Below are positions 1 to 9,200 of a DNA stretch of 64,000 bases, piece after piece; position 1 is the first letter of the stretch, and every line of letters begins with the position of its first letter. The notes under the pieces were generated by a model that saw only the letters and a list, made by a program, of their open reading frames with translations, had not been told where the DNA came from and ran no database searches. Source of the stretch: Haliotis rubra. Lineage: Eukaryota. The stretch lies in the NCBI RefSeq assembly GCF_003918875.1, contig NW_025766214.1, forward strand, positions 1,054,001-1,118,000, read 5' to 3'. Position numbers and translations under genes: made by a program.

Positions 1-236
1 ACTAACAACTAGTCTCTGAAATGAACATATTTTACTGAAAAAAAAGTTCATAGTAAAAAAAATATATAAAACAATTTTTTTTTAAATATATAAAAAAATA
101 ATATATATATATAATGAAAAGGGGCCCTGAGACTTTCTTCATTTTCAGAAGCTGTGGAAATCTAGACTTGACACATTTTCTAGACTTGCGTGGGCTTTCT
201 TAGATATATTTGCTTCAGGGTCTGTACGAGAGACTA
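1..236. mobile_element. Non-autonomous DNA element, Academ-like, left end just outside the window
   Basis: Shares tagtctctgaa, aaggggccc, ggaaatctagacttg and the terminal agacta with 35768-35956. Confidence 0.45.
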
Positions 237-259
237 CAGTTAGAGGTACCTACTGATTA

Positions 260-491
260 ACCCGTGAAGATCCGGGTTAGAATTGTTCGTTCTTCAGCAA
301 CCCGCGCTTGTCGTAACAGGCGATAAACGGGATCGGGTGGTCAGGCTGGCTGACTTGGTTGATGCATGTCATCGGTTCCCAAATGCGTAGATCGAAGCTC
401 TTGATTGTCTGATCAAGTCTCTATTATTTACATACCACCGTCATATTGTTGGAATATTGGAGTGCGTCGTTAAACAACAATGAAACAAAAA
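260..491 (+). mobile_element. SINE-like family C (no tRNA head), near full length
   Basis: Homologous to 49506-49757 and 16850-17065; 3' tail ggaatattg..gcg.cgttaaac shared with family A. Confidence 0.75.
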
Positions 492-542
492 TGGTATTAT
501 GGAACAGTGGAGTTGCTTGAATTGAAAGCTCTAACATGTGTT

Positions 543-680
543 GTATCTCAGTGAGCTAGCACTATAAAACCAGCTTAAATCTGGGCTAGTACAAGCAGCC
601 GCACATACACACACACGCATGCACGTCGTCATATGAGCGAAATATTCTCAAGCACGACGTTAAATCCAATTTCACCTCAC
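543..680 (+). mobile_element. 5'-truncated SINE family B (MetaSINE-like)
   Basis: Matches the 3' half of 2437-2785; (CTCAC)n tail; flanked by CTCTAACATGTGTT. Confidence 0.8.
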
Positions 681-694
681 CTCTAACATGTGTT

Positions 695-794
695 CCCACA
701 TGGGTACAATGTGTGAAGCCCATTTCTGGTGTCCCCCGCCGTGGTGTTGCTGGAATATTGCTAAAAGCGGCGTAAAACCAAACTCACTCACTCA
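695..794 (+). mobile_element. 5'-truncated SINE family A
   Basis: Matches the 3' part of family A; (ACTC)n tail; flanked by CTCTAACATGTGTT. Confidence 0.82.
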
Positions 795-2436
795 CTCTAA
801 CATGTGTTACTTTTGTTAACCAGACCTGAAAACATTTCTATACGTAGGAAGCCCATTGGCTCCCTAAGTGTGGACAATGACATCGGGTGAATGTGTGCGT
901 GTGTGCATGCGTGTGCGCGGGGTGTCAGTTATTATTTGGTGTAATTATAGCGCTGCGTTGTTCAATGCATCTTTTCACGTCTCCTGGTATGAGAGTATGA
1001 TGCAGTCGGGGTTAAACGAATCGCCTTCAGCACTCTCTGCAGCTGATATTGTTCCACCACATCACGGTGGTGGTCTGTGTGAAACAACATCGAACCATAG
1101 TGACAGTATCCTTCAGCTGAGAAACGACACTGAGACGTTTGACTTTCTTAAGAATTCGTCGACAATGAACGTCAACAGGTAATACCGAGAGTCTACAGTA
1201 TCCGAACTGGTTGATTGTGTGTTATCGTACCCCCATTGTTGCTCGCGCTTTAAACTACAGGTTTACTTGCAACACTTATGTAAACTATACGAACATTCTG
1301 CATCATAGAATGATTTCATTCGTAAACCCTAACATGAAAAATGGTAAATATGTGTAATAATGTTGACGTATGACATCCCTACCGGTAACCAACCTTCACA
1401 AAATGGCGAGTCCACTGGCAGGAGTACTGGGGATTTTACAGGGGACTTTAGCTGATTCACAGTTCGTCACGTGAGTAACCAGACAAAGAGTGGAGAAAGA
1501 TCCATCAGGATACGATGACAATCATGCAGATCACAACCAGAACTCGACTCTCATGTACCCAAAATATTCTAATCAAACGACACAATTGAAAGTTTCATGT
1601 ACTTTATTTTACAACGTTAATGGTAACATCAGAAAACTAAAATAAACAGAGTGAAAATATAAAACGATTAGATCCATATATAAATTATCATTTGAAAGAA
1701 ATTACTCAACAGAAGCATATATATGAACTGAGATTCTACCTCACAGCTGCAAACCAACACATTCTCAAACAACAATTCAAATCTGCAGTAACAAATCAGA
1801 CCGTTCAGACCAAATGGGTTGGCCCGTTTTGACCGGCACCTGTAGGCCGTTGACAGAAATAATTCAGGTACATCTCTACGGTTTGTTGAACGTTTACCTA
1901 ACCTCGTAAGGTAAATCTGTGGTAGGCTGTTTGAGCTTCGTTTCGTGCTGTCTATATATGTGTGCTGACCCTTAAATCAGTCTTGGCACCCTCGTGGCAA
2001 CTTCGGGTAAGAACTGGTTACCCAGCAACCGTACGTCTTAACAGGCGGCATAATGGATGCGGTCGTCGAACTCGGCGATATAGGTCAATGTGTGTCATCC
2101 AACCCTAGCTGACGGTCTAGACACTCGCTCGTGATATCGATCACTGGATTGTCTCGTCCAGACTCGACTATTTACGGAACGCCATCATACAACTGTGCAG
2201 CCTTATAAATACCTAGAGAAGAAGTCATGTTTTGAGAGCTGATCTCAGTCCGAGAAGCCGCTGATCCGAATCCACCCGAACCCATCTTAGAAACAAAAGG
2301 CTTCTTCTGAGACAGGGCATGTACGAGGTTATATACGAAATGGTGATAATACACCCAAAACTCACAGCGTCTAGATCAAAATGTGACTGAATATGGTTTT
2401 GTGCAAGTTGTTCGAAATATCCCATGCAGTGACGAG

Positions 2437-2785
2437 GTGGTGGGATTGGGTTTAAAGTCGTGCTTGAGAATATTTCGCTCATATGACGACGTGCATGCGT
2501 GTGTATGTGTATGTGCGACTGCTTGTACTAGCCCAGGCTGAAGCTGGTTTTATAGTGCTAGCCCACTGAGATACCATGCCGCAGTGAAGCATGAATACCC
2601 CACTCAGACACATTATACTTACTCCGAGCCGACCAGTCCTTGTTGTACCCATTAATGCCGAGCGCCAGGCAGGGACCAACAAGTACCATATTTTAACGTC
2701 TTTTGGTATGACGCGGTCGGGGATCGAACCCGCGACCTTCCGCACTCCGGGCGGACGCTCTAACCACTACACCACGGAGGCGGTC
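2437..2785 (-). mobile_element. tRNA-derived SINE family B, full length, Meta-domain-like centre
   Basis: A box GGTGTAGTGG, B box GGTTCGATCC, central GTCATACCAAAAGAC..TGGTAC..CCCTGCCTGGCGCTCGGCATT; 12-bp TSD TGCAGTGACGAG. Confidence 0.88.
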
Positions 2786-2884
2786 TGCAGTGACGAGACT
2801 CGGCTGAGACACTGTACATTTTGGGGCAATAAACACGTCTTTGGTGAACACTTTAGCAACTGGGCCACCATTGTATGTCCAGCA

Positions 2885-3060
2885 AACAACGTTATAACGC
2901 TTACAACGAACTTGCACACAATGAAATATTTAGGGTTTTTCTGTCCTAAACACTTAGTGTCACTGTAAATTTTTAATTTTAAAAATGCGTATAACGAACT
3001 ATGGTTATGACGAACTAAAAATAGTGGTCCCTTTGAGTTCGTTATAAGCTTGGTTTACTG
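2885..3060. mobile_element. Tc1/mariner (pogo/Tigger-like) MITE, right arm
   Basis: Repeated ATAACGAAC motifs; ends GTTCGTTATAAGC..GGTTTACTG followed by TA. Confidence 0.55.
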
Positions 3061-4593
3061 TACTGTATCACGAAGATGACTTGATGGAGTGACATTCCTA
3101 CGCTCACTTGCACGATGCCTGTCAATCAGCTGGACACAGTACGGATAAGGTGTGAACGACAAATTTGTATCTGATCTGAAACACGGAGGCTTGGACTTTT
3201 CTGTTTTCCTAAACTGAAATTGTTGAATCATTGCTGATAGAAACAAGAACATTTCCAAAGTTGCCAATTGTTCTCCTAAGCAGGAACTTTGACCAATAGA
3301 AAAAGGAATCCATTGTTTGTGCTTTACGAAATGTCCTTTCTCATTCAGAAATCTCTCCGGTTTGAATTCGTCTGGGTTGTCCCAATGTTCTTGGTCAAAC
3401 AACGCTGATTCTAATACAGGTAATATCAGAGTGTCCTGTGGAATAAGGTATCCCCGGAACATAACATCACGGGAAGCAAATCGCCTGGCACCGTAAGGAT
3501 TCACGTTCACACACCTCAGTACCTCGGAAATGGTGGCTTGAACGTAAGGAAGGCTTTCTACGTCGGACATGTTTGGAGCACGATGTAAGCCTACGTTATC
3601 TTTGATTTCTTGATAAAATCTGTCCTGTACATCTGGGTAAGCTATGAAATAAAGAATACCCCACTGGATAGCAACAGCTGTGGGCTCCGAACCAGCAATC
3701 AACAAATTTGTAACAATATCAATAAGATTGTCGTGATTAACAGGTAAGCCCAGATTTTGGCACTCCTTTAAATATGCCGATACGAATGTCACATTGTGGT
3801 CATCAAAGTCCTTCTCAAGGCGTCTTAGTGAAGGTTTGATTATTTCATCCTCTGTAAATGCAATATTTTCGGTCAGCCGTTTCATATTGAATATATCTCC
3901 CGGCAAGTAACGCAGGTATGGCATAAACTCTAAAATGGCCGTCAAACTAAAATTCTCTTGTCGTCGTTTCAAATATTCAACAAATATTGGATCATCATCT
4001 TCGAATCGTTTGCCAAATAGAATCGAACATGTGACATTAGTGACAGCAAAGTTAATAAAAGATCGTAAATCCACATTTCGACAATGTTCGTCGTTGATAA
4101 GGCGCAGTAAATGACTGACTTCTTCGCCAGTCCGAATTTCCAAAATATCCTTTCCTGATCCTCTTGTGAAATCCCGGAGACAGACCTCCGCTATTCGCTT
4201 TTCTTCCATCCCAACTGTCACGGCCGTGTTCAGAATGCCGCGCCCATGATTGGGATACTCAGAAACGAACACGTTCGGTCGTTTGACGAACAAGTGCCCG
4301 TGTGTTGCAAGGCATTCTTTTATGATGTCATAACCGTTTATCACCACGACACGACGCAGTCCGAGGTATATACAGAATATATCACCGTAATCCTTCCTCC
4401 ATTTCTGTAATGCTTCTTTAATGTCCCGCGTTACTGAAAACATATTTCCAAACAAAGGGAAGCGCAATCTCGGTCCGGGCGGAAGTTGTGAGTGTCGTCT
4501 GCTGCTGTAAATCCACACAGCAACTAAAACAGACCCGACGACTGCCATGGTCGTGGTAACATTGTCACAAATGTTCTGCATTATCCGATCCAT
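3055..4593 (-). CDS. Cytochrome P450, CYP2-clan-like, single exon, atypical motifs (512 aa)
   Basis: Uninterrupted ORF with N-terminal anchor, PPGP hinge, I-helix AGSEPT, K-helix EVLR, PERF and heme motif FSIGQSSCLG. Confidence 0.92.
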   Translation of the reverse strand: MDRIMQNICDNVTTTMAVVGSVLVAVWIYSSRRHSQLPPGPRLRFPLFGNMFSVTRDIKEALQKWRKDYGDIFCIYLGLRRVVVINGYDIIKECLATHGHLFVKRPNVFVSEYPNHGRGILNTAVTVGMEEKRIAEVCLRDFTRGSGKDILEIRTGEEVSHLLRLINDEHCRNVDLRSFINFAVTNVTCSILFGKRFEDDDPIFVEYLKRRQENFSLTAILEFMPYLRYLPGDIFNMKRLTENIAFTEDEIIKPSLRRLEKDFDDHNVTFVSAYLKECQNLGLPVNHDNLIDIVTNLLIAGSEPTAVAIQWGILYFIAYPDVQDRFYQEIKDNVGLHRAPNMSDVESLPYVQATISEVLRCVNVNPYGARRFASRDVMFRGYLIPQDTLILPVLESALFDQEHWDNPDEFKPERFLNEKGHFVKHKQWIPFSIGQSSCLGEQLATLEMFLFLSAMIQQFQFRKTEKSKPPCFRSDTNLSFTPYPYCVQLIDRHRASERRNVTPSSHLRDTVQ

Positions 4594-5361
4594 ACTAACT
4601 ATCTGCAGCTGCGAGGGAGAGTGTTATGAACAACCATCTCCCAAACACACGAACGTGTCGAGACACATTTTACCTGTCACCTAATTCGTCAAATTGGAAC
4701 GACCCATGAGCGCGCAGTCAATATTAGGTGATTAAGGCTCGCTGCACTTGGCGCACCGTCTCGCAATGCTCTATGCTCTGTTATCGACTGACGGCGAGTG
4801 GAAAATGTCCACTTGAAGGGACGAATAGCCACGGTGAAGCCTGAATAGTCAATCCACTCGCAATATTGAGATTCAGGAATAACGTGCGCCAATATTACTA
4901 CGGAATGAGAAAGCAGACTTAAGTTAATAATTTTACTGTTGTCCGTAAGTAAGTTAAAAGTTGTAAGTTAAATGATATTCAGTTAACAGCCGTATTTACT
5001 CACTCAGAGACCATGTAATATGGTCTCTGACTCACTGTATGAGAATATAATTATATAATATTACTTGATGAGTGAACGTTCTAACTACAAGGCTATGCAG
5101 GCACCCCATACAATGGGTGAACATAAGATCAAAGATCATACGCATAAACCGATTCGACTATCGGGTTAGGCTATTTAACCAATAATATACACACACCCAC
5201 CCCCACCCCACCCCCACCCACACCCCGGAATAAACAGTGTTGTACCTCATAAAACGCCCCGTATTATAAGCATACATATAATATCAAACACCTGTCATTC
5301 ATCTGTATATGTCTCAGTAGCCTACGGGCTTTCAAGTAACAGCATATTTACTATTGAGGCT

Positions 5362-5492
5362 GGATTTGTAGCCTATTGGTGCTCGCTAGTCATGCCGAAG
5401 AACCAGATTCGAATCCCCACACGGGTATATTGTGTGAAGCTCATTTCTGGTGTCCGCTACGATGATATTGATAAGAGCGGCATAAAACAACA
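5362..5492 (+). mobile_element. Degenerate SINE family A
   Basis: gtagcct..ttcgaatccccacacgggta..tgtgtgaagc..ttctggtgtcc..gcggcataaaac. Confidence 0.7.
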
Positions 5493-5774
5493 TACAATCC
5501 TCTGGTGCTAAAATCACAAGTAACTAGAAGTGTAAATGGAGTTTATACAAAAGGCTGACTATATCTTGAGTCTGTGTATACTGACATGTAATCTACACTG
5601 GAAATACGGATCCCGCACAAACTTCACCCATTATATGTTTTTGTACATATTGAACATTTATGATTTCGAAAATGCCATTGGTGATCGGGTTTACGTACAA
5701 CAAAAAGACTCTTAACTAAAAATACGTTGACAATTACAGTATCCCTGTTCTGTTATAAAGAGCACAGTGCAAAT

Positions 5775-7262
5775 CTACTGCCTGGGTACAGACATAACCT
5801 TGAAGGGTTGCGGTTTAAGCACTGCTCCAGGTAAGGGCTCCTTAGACAGAGGCGGTTCATCTTCCGGTGGCAGGAAGTGAAACCTCTGGACGAGCCCTGT
5901 GATGAATAGGAACAGCTCCATCCGGGCAAGTGACTCTCCCGGACACGCCCTCTTTCCCAGCGAGAACGGAATAAATTCCTCGGGTTTCACAAATTTACCT
6001 TCAGCACTAAGAAACCTCTCCGGTCGAAATTGTCCAGGATTTTCCCAAATTTCAGGATCCATCATGATAGAGTCTAAGTTTGGGAAGATGATGCAACCAG
6101 CTGGGAGATGATATCCTTTGAGCACAATGTCTTCCGTGACCCCGTGGAATCCAGCTATTGGTGAAATATTGGCGATCCTCTGAACCTCTGTAATGGTTGC
6201 TTCTATAAAAGGAAGCTTCAGCTTGTCAGTCATCTCAGGACGTTTCTCTGTTCCAATATTGTCCTCGATTTCCCTGAAGCATTTCGCCTGGATGTCTTGA
6301 TGCATTGTCAGATACAACAGTATCCATTGAATTGTAGTCGACGTTGTGTCAGTTCCAGCAATAAACAAATCTCCGACGACTTTCACCAGATTGTCAAATC
6401 CAATGGACGTCTCCACCCCTTGTTTCTCCTTAACCTTCATCTCCCTTATGTATGCAGCGATGAAGTCGTCAATGTTATTTTCATCAAAGGCCTTGAGGTG
6501 TTCTTCAATGGACGGTTTTATCAGTCTGTCCTCGTAAAACGCTATGTTCTTAACAGTCCTGTGATAAAGGAACAGATCACCAGGAAGATGCTTGGCAAAA
6601 GGGATGAAGTTTAGTCCACCAAGCTTCCCAGCTGCCTTGAAGTTCTCGTCTGTCTTTTTAAGATATTCTATAAACAGTGGGTCGTCATGCTGGAATCGTC
6701 TCCCAAACACCATAGAACAGATGATATTGGACACAGATGTCTGGATGATGGGATCTGTGTCGTATTTGTGTCCCTTCTGATCTGCAATGACCTCCAGACA
6801 AACCTGCACTTCCTCATTAATCTTCTCTTGGAGTATGTTTTTACCCATTCCAAAGTCTCTCAGTGTAGAGAGTGTTAGTCTTCTCTGTTCCTTCCACACC
6901 TCCCCGTTGCTTGATATAACGCCCTTATTTTGGAAAAGATCGTTAAACACAACTGCATAGGGCCTCACGGCGAAGACATCGCTATTCTTCACCAGCGCCT
7001 CCTTAACCGTATCATATCCGTTCAGCACTATGGTTAAACGGTTGCCTAGATAGAGAGTGAATAAATCTCCGTATTGTTTCCTCCACTCTTGGAACTGCTC
7101 TCTGAAGTCCGGTTTCATTGACACAAGGTTGCCTAAGACTGGTACACCCCTCGGCCCAGGAGGCAGCCCAGATGGGCGTCTGGTACTGTACCACAGTGCA
7201 AGCAAGCATACCCCTGATACCAGGATCGGAGTCGTATATCCGATGAAAAATCCGTCCAACAT
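5775..7262 (-). CDS. Cytochrome P450, CYP2-clan-like, single exon (495 aa)
   Basis: TM anchor, PPGP, WKEQR, AGTDTT, EVQR, PERF, FSLGKRACPG; all canonical. Confidence 0.96.
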   Translation of the reverse strand: MLDGFFIGYTTPILVSGVCLLALWYSTRRPSGLPPGPRGVPVLGNLVSMKPDFREQFQEWRKQYGDLFTLYLGNRLTIVLNGYDTVKEALVKNSDVFAVRPYAVVFNDLFQNKGVISSNGEVWKEQRRLTLSTLRDFGMGKNILQEKINEEVQVCLEVIADQKGHKYDTDPIIQTSVSNIICSMVFGRRFQHDDPLFIEYLKKTDENFKAAGKLGGLNFIPFAKHLPGDLFLYHRTVKNIAFYEDRLIKPSIEEHLKAFDENNIDDFIAAYIREMKVKEKQGVETSIGFDNLVKVVGDLFIAGTDTTSTTIQWILLYLTMHQDIQAKCFREIEDNIGTEKRPEMTDKLKLPFIEATITEVQRIANISPIAGFHGVTEDIVLKGYHLPAGCIIFPNLDSIMMDPEIWENPGQFRPERFLSAEGKFVKPEEFIPFSLGKRACPGESLARMELFLFITGLVQRFHFLPPEDEPPLSKEPLPGAVLKPQPFKVMSVPRQ

Positions 7263-7954
7263 TGTTACTCTGTCCCTCCGTATATTCCTTTTCCTCGGAC
7301 CAATCTCCCTATTTGCTGTCTAACCCCGATTCACACCACACCGTATTGAGGCTTCGGGTTAGTGTGTTCACGCAGGGCAGGGCATATAAACACACTAGGT
7401 TATATTTAACTACGTGTCAAGGACATTCATGTGCATTCAAAATACGCCTTGGGTTCATCGTTTCATTTAACAAACTGGGCTGCGTGTTTTGTTGACATAA
7501 ACAGCTGCACTTTAGGTAGCGATACGCAGCGTGATCTGCATACTCAGGTCATTTTCGGTTGTTGTGGCGTTGTTGAACCACAGGATTTTTTAGTTGTTCA
7601 CAAATATACTTTTATCGACCTGTGTTCACAGACCAGTGCATCCTAGCTACCAGGCCAAAGGTCATGGGTCAATAAAAATACGTACACAGCTACGAATTCC
7701 TTTGGTTGAAGGAACGGTCAGGAGGTTATGTAGAGTAGTCTACGGGGCTGACTTGGACATATAGTCATGATCTTTGTGTAAATAGCGAGATCATTTACCG
7801 CTAGATCCATTAAGACTAAATTTGACACTTGAATCAAACACGTGGGTGGGGAGGGGCGGGCTTTACGTCACCTCGGTATTATTCCAGCCATGTAATAGCA
7901 CCAAATTTGATAGCAAGCAATTCGTCATTCACATTACATAGTTTACAATTTATG

Positions 7955-8345
7955 CTACAGGTCAACTTTCATTAGGGAGGTAACAATGAGATGCCCACTC
8001 AAGCGGGAAAACAGATCTTTCAGATTTGTCGCTTCGTAATGTGAATCCCTTGCAGTAGAAAAGTCCACACAGTCAAGCAGAATATGCTTGATGGTGAACA
8101 CTTCATCGCAAGAGACACACATAGGAGGTCCATCTCCGTCTGTTTTCAGCAGATAGTCATGATTAAACCGACTGGCCAATTATTCATCGTCGTAAAACTA
8201 CCTCATCACGTCTTGACTGACGACCCAATATAACCGATTGTTGGTTTCAATTCATGAAATTCATTTCTTCTTACTTGGGCGTCCCACCTTTTTTGCATGA
8301 GTTCTCGAGTATAACTTCTGATAGTGAGTGCTGTAGCATTAACTG
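7955..8345 (-). mobile_element. LINE ORF2 3' fragment (I/Nimb/Ingi-group-like), disrupted
   Basis: HDYLLK..PPMCVSCDEVFTIKHILLDCVDF zinc knuckle typical of RNase H-bearing non-LTR elements; upstream QKRWD..HELKP frame broken. Confidence 0.72.
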
Positions 8346-8764
8346 AAAGTATATATGACTGACTGGTATGCATGTATATCACTGTATGTATGTATATCAT
8401 GTATTTAAAAAACAACCCGTACAAGTGACCTCCAAACGTTGATTACATTTAGGTGAAAGTTCATCTCTGGAACTATTTCTGAGTAGACTGTTTTTGATAC
8501 CGAGCTTAACACTGACTCTTGGGTCTGTATATCTGGGCCAGGGTCCTTCACGAAAGGCTCCATGGTCAAAGTCCACGTTTCGTCATTTACACATACAGTC
8601 TGTGATAGTTTCGCGGACTTTACATCTAATCAAAAAAATGCGTCTTCCCGATTCGCCAGCCTGTACATTCCCTGTATGTTCGCCGGAGGTAAGATAAAGA
8701 ATGACCGGTTTGCCCTACAGTCGTGCCCGTTAAGTAACTAGTAAACACGTAAGGTAAAACTTAG

Positions 8765-9132
8765 TCGACTGGTGTGTGAAGCTATCACTGCAAAAACTGT
8801 ATCTCGACTGGTGTGTAAATCTTCAGCCTTGAATCTCGACTGATGTGTAAATCTACAGCCCTGTGTCTCGACTGGTGTGTAAATTCACAGCCCTGCATCT
8901 CGACTGGTGTGTAAATTCACAGCCCTGCATCTCGACTGGTGTGTAAATCCACAGCCCTGTATCTCGACTGGTGTGTAAATCCACAGCCCTGTATCTCGAC
9001 TGGTGTGTAATTCTACAACCCTGTGTCTCGACTGGTGTGTAATTCTACAGCCCTGTATCTCGACTGGTGTGTAAATCTACAGCCCTGTATCTCGACTGGT
9101 GTGTAAATCTATATCCCTGTGTCTCGACTGGT
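8765..9132. repeat. 32-bp minisatellite (TATCTCGACTGGTGTGTAAATCTACAGCCCTG), ~11 copies
   Basis: Direct inspection. Confidence 0.93.
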
Positions 9133-9200
9133 TTTTGAAACCCTTTTCATATATGAAACAAGTAGCTCTATTCTGAAACAGTGGAAGCATCAAAGCGACA

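Noticed and set aside
868-1182. 104-aa ORF
   Set aside because: Non-ATG start, no recognisable homology, includes GT-repeat sequence
2479-2968. ORFs of 74-125 aa
   Set aside because: They lie within SINE family B; a near-identical peptide recurs at 32380-32616
5899-7323. Short ORFs overlapping the CYP
   Set aside because: Antisense or alternative-frame shadows of a real CDS
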